From Klebsormidium nitens (Eukaryota > Plantae > Klebsormidiophyceae), in assembly GCA_000708835.1 (NCBI GenBank), contig DF237059.1, positions 124,001-188,000 of the forward strand: a stretch of 64,000 bases of DNA. Reading direction: 5' to 3'. The position numbers and the translations under genes are program-made. Positions 22,479-34,881 of the stretch are shown one piece after another (position 1 is the stretch's first letter; each line of letters begins with the position of its first letter). The notes beneath the pieces were generated by a model. That model searched no databases and was not told where the DNA came from. It saw only the letters and a program-made list of their open reading frames with translations.

Positions 22479-24524
22479 ATGGCTACCACGCCAACGACGG
22501 ACCCCATGGCAACCAGCACAAGCCCTCCGAAACATGGAATCAAGGTGAGACATTCTGATGAGTAACGGCTATCTCTTGAATTGTAAGGATCAGCTCATGT
22601 TGCTCCTCTTCAGATGACAACTCAGATTGTCAATTGCCTTTCGATAGCTTCACAGTGCTGATCAGGAAGTGATCAGGTCAGGTCACAAGTAATGGTCTGA
22701 AATCCTTCAGTTCATATCGAAGAGGTGAACAAAGACATTGAACCTTGGAACTGAAAAAAAAGAGTTTCATTGATGGCTTCAACATGTGATGGCAAACTGA
22801 GAATTGCGTGATCAGGCTCGCACTATGAAAGAAAATCAATCATTGGCAGCTTAAGCGGGATAGATGGATCCTATTTGAATCAGGGCTCATATGTCCGATC
22901 TAAACAGGGTTTTAAATTAGACTAATGCGTCTGTAAACACTATGGTACTCAAGGAGAGAGCTTTAGGGACTGTGAATTTACTCCTCAGCTTTGCTATGTG
23001 ACCAATGCAAGAAAATTGCGTTGACAGACGTCTTCACACCTTTGCAGGAGAAGGCTAAGGCCGCTCTCCACAAGGTGACCCACCCCTTCAGCAGCAAGGA
23101 TGAGAAGAAGGAGCAATCTGCTGCAGGAGTCGCGCATGATGAGCAGGCTGCAGCAGCAAAGGCCCAGGGAAATACTGGAGAGTCCAAGACCAAGCAAGTT
23201 GTGAACAAGATGGCGCACCCTCTCCAGAGCAACAAGGACGAGAAGAAGTCTCCCCTGGGAGCAGAAACGAGAACCACTACATCCCCTCAGGTCAGCAGGG
23301 GATATCAGAAGCCCGCTGGCACTGAGAATCTCCTTGCAGTGCCTTGGTGGGAGCAGTCAAGCTTATAGGAATTTCGTTGTTCCAAACTTGCATGACTTTC
23401 AAAGATGCCTCCAGGTTATAATGTGAGTCACCAATCCACATTATCTCGGTGATAGTTATATGATTGTATCATTCATGATGAAGGAAAGCATGTGCAAGTC
23501 TTTGCTCGTATATTGATTACTCAGAGACTGTCTGCTTTGACTGTGGCTTTGCTTACTTCTGGACCTTGTCGTCACCCCACAATCGTCTCTCACACGCTTT
23601 GATTCTATGCAGGTCGGCCTCCACCCTGCTTCGAATACCCTCACGAATACAATTGGTAAGACGACTGTTCCTTTCGAACGACTAAGCTTTTGAAATTGAG
23701 CAGCTTTTATTGCTTACGACGATGGCATCTTTGACGGACAGTCACTGTGGGAAGTCTTTGTTAACTTTTGATTTGCTTTCTCTTTGCTCCAAAACTGCAG
23801 TATGCGAATCTTCCAAGGCGGTCCAACGAACTTCAATCTTCGGGTTCCCCAACTCATCTTCGTAACAGCTGAATCTACAATTGAGCCTTCTGTATGGATA
23901 TACGTCCAGCTTCTGTTTCGTTCTTGACCGCAGGACGGTGAAACCACGAGTTCTGAAACCAGATTCTCTCTGCACTGAAGCAGCACTAAGCCATTTCAGA
24001 GATCTGCAAACCGCCGTTCAAAATCTCACACGCCTTTCCACTCTACTGCAGACCCGATGTACACGGCTCCCATGATGACGTCAGACCCTTCTTGCGGCAT
24101 CACTGCTGGACACGGCAGCTGCCACCACAGCCACGGCCACAGTGGAGGCGCCCTCGGCGGCCTTGGCAGCGGCTCGTTCGGCGATGGAGGCAACTCTGGA
24201 GGGGGCACCGATGTGGGGGGGAACCAGGTGTCCGGAGGTGGCGACTCTGGGAGCGGACTCGTGCCCCCCACTGGAGATGACGGAGGGGGCCTCTCTTCTG
24301 GCGGCATGGATACGTCAGGCGGTGGCTCAGGCTTTGGCGGTGACTCTTCTGGCGGAGCGGGAGGTGGCTTTTCTGGGGGCGACACGTCTGGCGGTACCGG
24401 GGGTGGCTTCTCTGGGGGTGACACCTCTGGCGGGGGAGGTGGTTTCTCTGGAGGAGACACGTCCGGTGGAGGCGGCTTCTCTGGCGGCGGCGATTGTGGG
24501 GGCAGCTCAACTACCACTTGCTAG
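22479..24524 (+). CDS. Hydrophilic, probably disordered protein: LEA/dehydrin-like N-terminus, His-rich patch and Gly-rich (GGGFSGGDTS)n tail; 4 exons
   Basis: Exons 22479-22544, 23048-23290, 23613-23655 and 24052-24524 join in frame with canonical splice sites. The protein contains KHGIK|EKAKAALHK, two H(P)xxSxKDEKK repeats, GHGSCHHSHGH and about 6 GFSGGDTS repeats, and ends in GDCGGSSTTTC*. Confidence 0.8.
24284..24500 (+). repeat. Coding tandem repeat, about 6 copies of G(3-5)FSGGDTS (33-39 bp units)
   Basis: Repeated GGYTTYTCTGGNGGNGACACNTCNGG units with third-position variation. Confidence 0.85.
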
Positions 24525-25979
24525 ATGTACTAGACCGATGGAGAACGTTGAGACCAGCAGACTTCTAGGGGTGACTGATATGTAGATACGACAGATGCTA
24601 CTTGAGTGTACAGAACTGCTTGCTCGAGGTTATGCTTTTTGTAAAATCTGATGTAATATACCAATGTTTTCAAAAAGATTCTTGACTTGCCCATCTGAGG
24701 AGCTTTTGCACGAGCAGCAATGATGCAGACATGACTCGGGTGAACGGACTCACAGCAGGCCTCTTGATACGATTTGTAAGATACTCCAGCTCGTTTCAAG
24801 CTGTGGGAGCTCAGAAGCTCTTTATTAGCGCGGGCTTTGGCTTTCCGCGAACGTGATCTGTGATGGCACAAACGACATACACACTTGCACGAAGCCTGCA
24901 GATGCTATGGATGATGTGTCCGCGTGGTGTGAACCTCGCTTGAAGCTTCATGATGCAGATGACCTATGCATGGGGCATGGCCTTCCGCAGACGGTTTGCA
25001 CTTCAAACTAGGGCTCGCAGTATACTGAAGCATACGTGTTGTTTCTCGGATTGCTTGCAAGGTTCACCTTCTCCTTTTGCGCATCCTCTAGCTGCCTGGT
25101 GGTGCTTTGATGGTAGTACTGGTCGTGGTGTTTTTCCTTCTGAGTTTCTTCCTCCGGCGGAAGTCATGGCTGGGGTGGTCAGACTTCAGGCACCCGAGAC
25201 TTGCTATCTCTCTGAAAGGTGGTGGAGCTAAGTATCTCACAATCTCAAAAGTGGCGATGCGCCTCAGGCATCTTCGGGGCTACGGAAGATAATATTGCTC
25301 TCTGGCCAAGTTTTCTGCCAGCTTGCTCACGGCACATATAAATGATTTGAAAGGGGCATCCTTTGGAACTCGTTGAAGACGTCAGGTGCAGCAGCTGGTT
25401 TTCGAGGCTCACCAAAATTCGCGACATCAACTGCGTGAGAGTGCACTTGGCATTTTGTTGTCTTAGTACCTACATTTTCTACAGTACGCCCGCTGGCGCG
25501 GGGATCCCTCTCAGGGGCCTGCCTGCGGTGAGCTTCCAACGTTTCGATCCTCAACCGTGGATATGATGCAGTTTAGGAAACGACCCCACCCTTCATTGTA
25601 GCACGTGGGCAGCGATAATGGAATCGAGGCGTGGCGGTAACGGTGTGCATGTCAGCCTGGCTCTGACAATTTCCAATTTCCTCGCTGCCGCAGTGCTCAG
25701 GTTTCAAGATGTCGTCATGCCGGCTCAAGTGTGCGCCATGGCTGCATTGGGCATTGCCCATATCAGCTTGAAGTTGCAGAGGAGACGGACGTAGCTGATC
25801 AATAGGGCTCATAAGCCATGAAAAGAGAAGCGATCAATTGCCTTGCAAGAATTCGGAAGAGGAGCCACTCCAGCGGGTTTGCTGCCCTGGGGGCCGGGTC
25901 CTGACATGCAAGGCGGTTAGTGAAGCGCCAGCGCATTTAATCTCCTCAAAGCAGAAGCAGCTCCAGCTGCGGACCCATC

Positions 25980-28900
25980 ATGGAGCGTCCGCTCATTGAC
26001 AGCCGCCGCAGCTCGCCAGGTGGCAGTCGTTCAGCGGCTGCCAGGGACTCCCCTCCTAGCGCCCTCACCATCGATCGAAGAGGAAACGCATTCAAAACAG
26101 GCTCCAATGTGCAGCAAGCGGCTGCGCTGGTTGATATAGCCTATGACGGCGAAGGGCTACCTGAGTCATTTCTTGAGAGCCCCCACTTTTCTGAGAAGGC
26201 GTCTTACTATCTCGTTTACAATGCTGCCGGGCCCTTGTGGCTCGCAACGTATGCGGCCCTGCTTCTGCTCAACTTTGTAGAGGTACCCTCTTGGTGCCTC
26301 AACAATCATGAGCAATATTGCGGGAATCCTAAAGAGTACTGGCTGGGCGACGTGCCATACCTTCCCCCCAACGTCTTCCTTGTCGTTGAGCTTGTCATTT
26401 TCCTACTCCTTGCGGCACACATCCTCTTTCCACTCCTATATGCTGGGCCCAAGCTCTATCAGGAGAGCCCCAAGGATGCCATCAGCACAGGGCTCTTACT
26501 GCTCCTGGGCTTAGACATCATCCGTCAGATGCTGTTCTGGTGGACGCAATTTCCTGTAGTGGAACCGCAGGCAGTGAGACTCGCGCCGTACCTGCGTGTG
26601 TTGATCTTCCTGGTCTCGGTCAAAGAGATGCGGGACAATCTTTGGACGGTGGTGGCTGTCGTTCCTAAGTTCTTGGACATTTTCATCCTGGGTTTCGTCT
26701 TCCTGGTGTTCTCCTCGTGGCTGGCATATGTGCTCTTTGAGGATACTCTTCAGGTAAGACCTCTGTCCTGTCTTGTCTCTATATCAAGTCATGAGTACAC
26801 AAGTCTTGAGAAGACCGCCGAAGATCCTCCAGCATCATCAATCTTGAAACGTATATCAAGCTGATCCTGAAACAAGACGAGTGCAAGCAAGCCCAATGGC
26901 GCATCAAAGGAGTGATTTAGGCGTCCAAGTCCGCAGGGCACCTTCTGCCAGGGTTTGGAGGCGTTGGAAAACGTAGTCCATCCGCTATATTCAACTATTG
27001 TTGCAAAATTCTGTTGGTAATCCTAGTAGGATGATAAGAAAACGGACAAGGGGCATGTCTACTTTTCATGAAGGCAAGTCCCAATTCTCCTGCAGGGGAG
27101 GAAGGAGTTCCCGACTTTTGGCATCACCTCCCTCAAGATGTTCATCCTTCTCACGGGCTCAAATAACCCAGATGTCTGGCAAACGGCGTATGAGCAGCAC
27201 CGCGCATACAGGTAAGTGTACTATTGGATCAAAGCAGAAATCAAAATGTGCATGATGAATGCTCGGAATTTTAAGAAGAGTCAGTGGATTGCAAGCATAT
27301 GAGTGGTAACTGCACGCAGAATGTTGATTGCTTCTGACTGAGAACTGGCAGGAACAACACCACCCAGGCTTGGCCTTACTGGATCAGGAGACTGACATTA
27401 GCTCCCCAGATTCTTTGCCTTGAATTGTCATCTCCTAATGCACAACGAGGAGGGCCACATTGGCTTTATCTCTCACAATTATAAAAGGTGCAAACGCTGC
27501 TCACATATGGCCTTGACGCTACCCCTGCATTGAGGGGAACAAGAGATTTGAACCACGGCTTTTGATGTCAGCTTGATACACCTGACAGCAACTGGCGTCT
27601 TCTGTACTACAGGATGCATAGACTAATCCTCGGTGCATGATTTTTCTGAAAAATGCCGGTCCAGATCTGTCTTTCTGTAATTGCTAATCTATAATTGCGC
27701 ATACAAGGCAAGCGATCGCATCAGATTTTCCTTTGTGAAGGTATTCTCCTTAGGTGATTTCGTCGTCCAAGAGCGTGCCGTGAGAACAGAAGGTCTGTTT
27801 GAAATGACCAGTCTGGCTTCTTGGAGTAGGTTTAAGAGTTCTGCTTAGCCGAAACCCTTCACCTTTTCTTATGTTCCTTGGAGCAGATTATGGACCTCGA
27901 GCACTTGTCCCCCACACGCTTTCTTTGACCGCACCCTGTCAAGAACAGTCCTGCCAGAAGACCCTTTCTTGCATAGGCATCCCTTTCAAACCACATCACC
28001 TTGGAGCTCTCACGGGTTTTCTCACCTCACATTCGGCAGGCTCAAGAATGACTCACAGTCTTGGGCAAATTTGTCTGCAGTCTCTTCTTCGTCCTCTACC
28101 TCCTGTTGGGCCTTTACTTCCTTACGAACCTCACTCTTGCTGTCATCTTCGACAGGTGAGCTTCTTCGATTGTGTCCTATGAATGCTTGCTTCTTTGCGG
28201 ATAACGCAAGAGGCTTGAGGGTAGCTGACAGAACTTTTTCCCACTAGAAAACGAGCCTTGGAAGTCGTGACTTGTCTTCGCTAAGCGTTGCTCTTCTGCG
28301 TATGGTAAAGCAAAGCGGCTTGAGGTAGCTGAAAAGAGCGATTCTTCTGGGGCGTGTGAGAATAGCCCCTTCGACCTTCTTCGTCTGCCTCGCTTTAAGA
28401 CGGTTTGTCTGGCCAGCTGAAGCGGAAGGTACGCCTTTCCTGACGGATCATTGACGCTCAAGACTTGGAAGACCATAGAAGAGTTGGCTCTTGCAAGGAT
28501 AAAAGTTGAGGACGACAGACTTTCAACAAGTCTTGCGCTCACTGTCACTTTAATATATATACCTTTCGAAATACAGGATCTGAAATGGACAAGCGTTCTG
28601 AAAACTGCTCTGGATGCCTCTGTTCGTGTCTGTCCTCCAGCTTCAAGAATCAGTTGGGCTACGCTCGCAAAGCCATTGAAGAGAACAAGCGTCGCGTGCT
28701 GTCCCGCGCCTTCTCGTTCGTCGACGAGCAAAAGCGGGGCTTCATCGACAGGTCAGCACGACCGACTCGCGTTCTTAGGAACGGTTTCAGTAGCCGAGGG
28801 TCCGACTAGTGGTCGGAGCATGTGGTATCTTTCTTTGTTGCCATGAAGAAGTCCATCGCAACTCGAAGCGCGACTCTCTATCAGTTGGTCCAATTATGTT

Positions 28901-31900
28901 ACGGAGATGCAAGTGCTCACTGCGATTCTTGCTGTGTGTCTTGAAGGAACCAGCGAGTCACTCCACGTGATATATCTGCCATTCAACAGATTACTCAGCG
29001 ATTTAACAACTGAATGTTCAGTTGCAGCGACCAGCTGATCGCGCGCCTGAACGCCCTCAACTATTACGGTGTTCTCTACTAAGAAATTGTTTTGGCGGCT
29101 TCTTTTCCCATTCACAGAATCAAAGAACCCAAGCTAACCTGAGTAACAGAATCCAACAAAAGCATTTATTTCCAGGTTGCAGCGACCAGCTGACCGCGGT
29201 GATGAACGCCCTCAGTCGTTCAATATTCCCTGTTGGAAAACCGAGTCGCTTGGCAAACTCCTTCCCCGAGCACAGTAACCCGACTTACCCAAACCTAACC
29301 TCAGTGACGGGAATCGAACAGAACCAGCCATTTTCCCGGTTGCAGCGACCAGCTGACTGCGCTATGAACGCCCTCAATCGCTGTTTTCTGTTCGGGGGAC
29401 GAGTGTTTTGGTGGCTTCTTCCCCCCCTCGCAAAACCGATGGAACCCAAGCTAACCTGAACACCAGAATCCAACACAATTCAACATCTCCCGGTTGCAGC
29501 GACCAGCTGACCGCTCTGATGAAATCGGCCGCTGTTCCCTGTTGAGTCACTTGGCAGATTCTATCCCCCAAGGACAAAAACCCGACTAACCAAATCTAAC
29601 CTAAGTAACGGGACTCAAACAGAAGCTAACATTTCCCGATTGCAGCGACCAGCTGACTGCCTTAATGAACGCGCTCAACTTGTACCGGGCGGTGCCCCAC
29701 ATCGAGAAGGACGACATGCGCCACATCTTTTTGGCGCTGGACGACTCGGGGGACTACAAGATCCAGGAAGACGAGTTCTCGGACGTCTGCGAGGCGATCG
29801 GGACCAAGTTTATTAAGCTGGACGAGCCGCCGTTTCTGCAGGTGCGAACCTTCTCGGATTGCAGTTTCCGGATTGTGAGTCTGGTATTAGCAGTTACTGT
29901 CGATCAAGCATAGTGTCTTTGTATCTAGATTTCGGTGATTTATATAAATTAAGTGATAGAGAGGGTTTTAGTGCCCTTGATGGGCAGCAAATCCTGGGCG
30001 TACCTTCCGAAGTATTTAATCTTTAGGCGAGCCTCAGAGGGTCTCGCCCTAATTGAGCCGCCGCTTCTGCAGGCGCGTGCCTTGGCTTTGGTTTGCTTTG
30101 CTTTTCTGGTTAAAGAAGGTTCTATTCCAGACGCTTACAAGGGTATGGGGAGCGTTTCACTGATCAGAGTCTTGTTGTCTGCTTTACCTTTTCAAAACCT
30201 AACCGGACCGCCCTCGAAGTTCAACTTCTGAGGCGGGCCTCAAACTGTTCTTCATGCAATGCGCTTACGAGTGCTCTGCCTCTTCGTTCAGAATGGCGCT
30301 CGGGCATTCGTAAACCTCCTCAGCTAACGTGCGGGAAAAGTCGAAAAGCAAACACCCGTTTTGAGCAATGCACTCTTGCAATCAAAATTCTTTTCTCCCG
30401 GAAATACTACCACCAGCTTTCTCAAGTCAGTACAAGCCGCGTCACCAGACCAGAAGTGCCGCGTTCGCCTCCATTTCTCGACCACTTACTCCCGTTGCAA
30501 AACATACCTGGAAACGTCATGCCGGAGACTAAACTAGAAAGCATCGTGCACATTTTGACCTGCGTCTCTTCTTCCACTTCACCCTCTCTCAGATCGTGGC
30601 GCCCGGTGTCTTCAACAGCCGCGCCTTCACCGCGGTGCGGGACTTTGTGAAGGACCCGCGCTTCGACCGGTACGTGATGACGTCAGTCCTGCTGGCCAAT
30701 CTGGTGACTGTGGCCATCGAGACGACGCTCGACATGGAGAACCTGCCCTCGCAGGCCATCTGGCAGGTGGGAAACTCTTTCCGGATTCTGCGGGGATCCT
30801 GGTCTCGTGGCCATGCCGCTATACCCTCTAGGGGTTTCTTCTGTTCTCCCATTTTGTGTCCAACTCAGTCAGCCTTGAGGGATTCCCGTTGGGATGACTT
30901 TGTATTGCGTACCCTGCGCCTAGTGCTGGCGAGTCTCTGAGTGGACCTCAAACATGCATCTTCGCGCCCCAAGGACGTCTGCAAACGAGCTCGCAGACTC
31001 TTTTCTTTCCTTTGGACGCTCCCAAGACATACGGAGTGTATGTTGCTGCAACGGCCTCGATAATGGTCCTTCTTGGTTCGTCCTCTTCTGTCAAACCTGC
31101 ACGGCAAATTCTAAGAAGACGGTCCTGCAGACACGCTGCCTAAGTCGGATAGACACAGCTTCTGACTAAGATAAAAGCAACAGATCTTCACGCAAGACTC
31201 TGATACTAAACCCTCAGTTGACACCCTATGAGGGTTGTCATAGGGTGACAACCCTATGACATGGAAATGAAACATGTCATTTCCATACCCCTTGGACCAG
31301 TAAGCCTTGACCTCTGCAAACAACGCAGACCTGTTGTGAACGCTCTACTCTAAGCCCTGAGACGTGACTTCCCGTTCTGACGAACTCTCAAAAGATCCGC
31401 TTGCCGAAAACGTCGCATTCGCAGTCGGGTGAGAACTTATACCGGTTGGAGGTGCCACTTTCTGATTTCTTAAAGTCTGCTTGCAATTTTGTACTCTGAT
31501 CGTGGTGAGCCCTGAAATCAAGGTCCGACGCTGATTTATCCCTCAGTTTCTCAATGTTGGTTCAGAGCAGAGCACGCAAACGGGAAACCCAGACCTAAAT
31601 GCGACCTCCGAAACCTCCCACGCAGAATATCGAGTACGTGTTTGGGTGGGTATACGTCCTGGAGGCGTTGCTCAAGGTCAGCGCGCTCGGCTTCTGCAAC
31701 TACTGGCGGCAGGGCGCCAACCGCTTCGACTTTCTTATCACGTGGATCATCTTGATTGGTCAGACGGCGCTCATCCTAGACCCGCACCAGACTGTCGCTA
31801 GCAAGGTAAGGCGGTAGAGTCAAATTCAGGACGAAACACAGTCAGGTTGAGATAGGTCAGTGCATGGCTGTCGGATGGGGTTAACTTGCGAGTTAGAGTA

Positions 31901-33940
31901 GGTGACGGTGCGGAGCACGTAGATTTGTGTCTAGGGGTTTTGGTTTAGGTGCGTCCTCCCGGTAACAATGTGTATCTCAACCAGGCTCAAGTCTACCTGA
32001 ACCGGAGACTTATCACGGTACAGGAGGGTTTCGTTCGTGATCGGTTTTTTTAATACAGAGGAAATGTCGATGTACGCAGGTTTTGGGTATCACATTACCG
32101 GCAACCTTTTGCGAGTCTTCCTCAAAGTTCCTTCATGTGTTTTCCCTATACTCTGTTGGCTTCGACTGAAACTTTATCAGGTCGTAGAAGGCTCTCTTTA
32201 TTTCTCTTCCTTAACGTCAGCTCGCACGGCAAAAGGGGCTTGGAAGGAACTCGATGGTCCCGAAGAGGCCCCCAAGGTTCAGCGTCGGGACGTTCGCGGA
32301 ACACTTGCTATGTACAGCAAGAGGCTTCAAGGCAGAAACTGCGGATTGCGCCCTTGCCGCAGCCTGATTGAAATGGGCTTTCAGTATTGGATGGCCAAAG
32401 CTCGAAGCTTGATCGTACCGCAAATCGGGAGTGCTACCGAACTGCGTGCTGTTGCAGCACGTTCAGAAGCGGCAACTTAGACTCGAGCTTACCAGATCTC
32501 AACGGTCGCACAAGTTGAGCGCTTCTCGCAAATAGCGGGCATGCTGCTGTCCGCTTTCAGATTTCATCAGAATTCTTGTCGGAAATGCTTTTTGGACCTT
32601 GGACACGGTTTTCATTGCAGGAGTGGATCCGTTACTTGCTGATTGGGCGCATGCTGCGCCTCTTGCGGCTGCTGACGTACATCGAGCGCTACCGCGCGAT
32701 CGTGAACACGTTCCTGAAACTCGTTCCCGCGATGGGGCCTCTCTTCGGGGTCCTGTTTGGTTTCCTCTCGCTCTTCACCAGGTGAGGTCCGACGGTCTCA
32801 AGTCCGCTCTCCCTTCTTGGCCTGGTGTGCTCTTAATGTTTCCGTCAACCATGCATCTTTGCTTCGTCCTTCACACTGCTGTCTCTTCTGCTCGCTACTG
32901 GATTCACATCCAGCGCGGCAGACTGATTCGTCAGTCAGCCTGTTGAGCTTCGCACCGCTCTCTGGTCTCGAAGTAGTTGTACTCACGAGCCGTTGCATAG
33001 AGTCCTCTTTGTAAACGTTCTCAATTCACCCTGGACCACCATAGTCTGCCCATGAGAACTTGGTTCAGGCTCCTTTTCGTCCAACTTTTCACAGCCTTCT
33101 AGTTTCGTTTCCACTCGCCTCGTTTTTGCTCCTTTGTCCAATATCGCCTGACTTCTCTTCACACCCGCAGCCTCGGGATCCACCTTTTCGGGGGGTTGGT
33201 GTACGAGAGCAACCCCCTGCTGAAGTCGACCCCCCTGAGCGACCACAAGCCGTACAACTTCAACGACTACTCCGCGGGCATGGTCACGCTCTTCAACCTG
33301 TTGTGCCAGGCCAGCTGGCAGGTGAGTGACGTAAGCAAGGGATGTGATGCGAAGTTAATGGGAAGGGATATAACGTAAGGCTCACACTCCCATGTCGTAA
33401 TCTGCTAACGGAGGCCAGCTGGCAGCTGAAAGATTTGGTGACGCTAGCTATGAGCGTAACGCAGTCTGTGATCCGGCTGGCGTTAGATGGCCTCGATCTC
33501 AAGGCTGGCTAAGCAGGCCAGTGGGCAGGTTATTGACGGGGTGAACCGGTCACAAGCGCACTCAAAGTGCAGTCCACGTTTGCTGACAATCTCACAATGG
33601 TCACCGTTTTTTCCAGGATTGGATGGAGGGTTACGCCGTTTTGAGCGGACACCGCGCGCTCGCCCGGGCGTTCTTCCTCACCTTCATTGCCCTGGGGACG
33701 TACCTGGTGATGAACGTCTTCGTCTCATTCGTCATGGAGGCGTTCACCGTTGAGATGGAACTAGCGGCGGCGGAGAAAAAGGAGGAGGCGTGGCGGAGCG
33801 GGGGGCGGTTGAACCTGAGCGTTGCGCGCCATGGGGCTAATGTTAGGCCGGAATCGAGCCCCATGGAACGGTTGATGGATAAGATGTTTGGGGAGGGGGA
33901 GGGAGACGAGGATAAGGATAGCGCTGACCCAGGAGTGTGA
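25980..33940 (+). CDS. TPC1: Two-pore channel (plant TPC1 / SV-channel type, with EF-hand linker); 10 exons
   Basis: Exons 25980-26753, 27096-27211, 28081-28155, 28641-28751, 29646-29841, 30593-30766, 31626-31805, 32621-32781, 33171-33321 and 33617-33940 join in frame. Motifs: LLLLNFVEVPSWC, RLAPYLRV, pore I SNNPDVW, FLTNLTLAVIFDSFK, EF loops, S4-II EWIRYLLIGRMLRLLRLL, FNDYSAGMVTLFNLL..WQDWM and MNVFVSFVMEAF. Confidence 0.95.
28990..29690 (+). repeat. Five tandem units of about 146-163 bp, each a branch point, 3' splice site and start of TPC1 exon 5
   Basis: TTGCAG|CGACCAGCTGA occurs with the acceptor AG ending at 29027, 29182, 29345, 29499 and 29645 (functional). The four downstream units have a CTAAC upstream; the first has TTAAC. 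Confidence 0.92.
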
Positions 33941-34881
33941 ATACGGGTCATGAATGTAAAGATAAGTTTTTTTGGAGAGGCTGACGATGCCCGTCAGCGT
34001 TTATTCGCATAGTACTTCAGGTTCGCCCGCAAGTCAGCAGTCATTGTGAGCTGCACTCACTTTGTAGTATAAACCAAAGCGCGCGCAATCAGTTGCTGAG
34101 GAAGATATAGTACGCGTCAGCTGTTGCAGCTGAGCTCGATGGGCGTTGCAGAGCTTTTCTTAGCATAAAGTCACGAAGCGGTAAGTACTATTCAGTAAGG
34201 TGGATTTGGATGGCTGCATATGACCTCCCTGGAGCTATATCATTTTGAGACCCCATGCGCACGTGTAATCAGGTAATGCTCTTCTTTGGGTCACTTTTGG
34301 AAAAGCCTAGCTGCCTCCGATTGAGTGAGCTTGATCGAATCTGGAGATTCGCAGTGGTCTGTGTCGGACTCTACATATGGGGCCACTATGGTAACTTGTC
34401 ATGGATATATGATGATTAAATCATGCAAACGATTCGAACAGTGTCGTCATGAAGATGTGATCTGATTATGTGTTGCACATATGTTGAAAGACCTATAAGT
34501 TCTGAACATGATAATTGGCGGCATAAGTCGACATAATAGTAATCGAGACATCTTCACATGCGGGCCCGTCTAGTTCAGACACTAGAATTGACTGTCTGTG
34601 ATTGCAGCGCCACCAATGACGAGGCGGCCAGCTGCCATGGTATGAGCAACGGCTCGTCAGTGAGGAGTCGCTGGCGGGGCTCGACCAGCAAACAAGCTAG
34701 AGCAGTCTTGGACATGTCCCGATCGAGCTCAAGAATACTGACAGCAAATCGTGATCTGCTGGATATTTCAGCTGCACAAAGTCAAGCAGATGAATAGCAG
34801 TTTGTCTCGAATATTGTAGATCACATAGAAGCAGCTGAAGAATGCATGCTAACGCCGTTGACCATCTACCTATGTGTTCGA

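Noticed and set aside
24026-24517. Minus-strand Pro-rich ORF resembling an extensin (SPPEKPPP repeats)
   Set aside because: It is the antisense shadow of the Gly-rich exon. The plus strand has splice-consistent upstream exons and third-position variation, while the minus ORF has no signal peptide or real ATG context.
24950-25800. Possible small spliced gene with a TM-like segment (VVLVVVFFLLSFFLRRK) upstream of TPC1
   Set aside because: I could not build a consistent start-to-stop exon model.
11319-33940. CIB and TPC1 as a calcium-signalling gene cluster
   Set aside because: They are more than 12 kb apart with unrelated genes between them, and eukaryotic neighbours rarely imply shared function.
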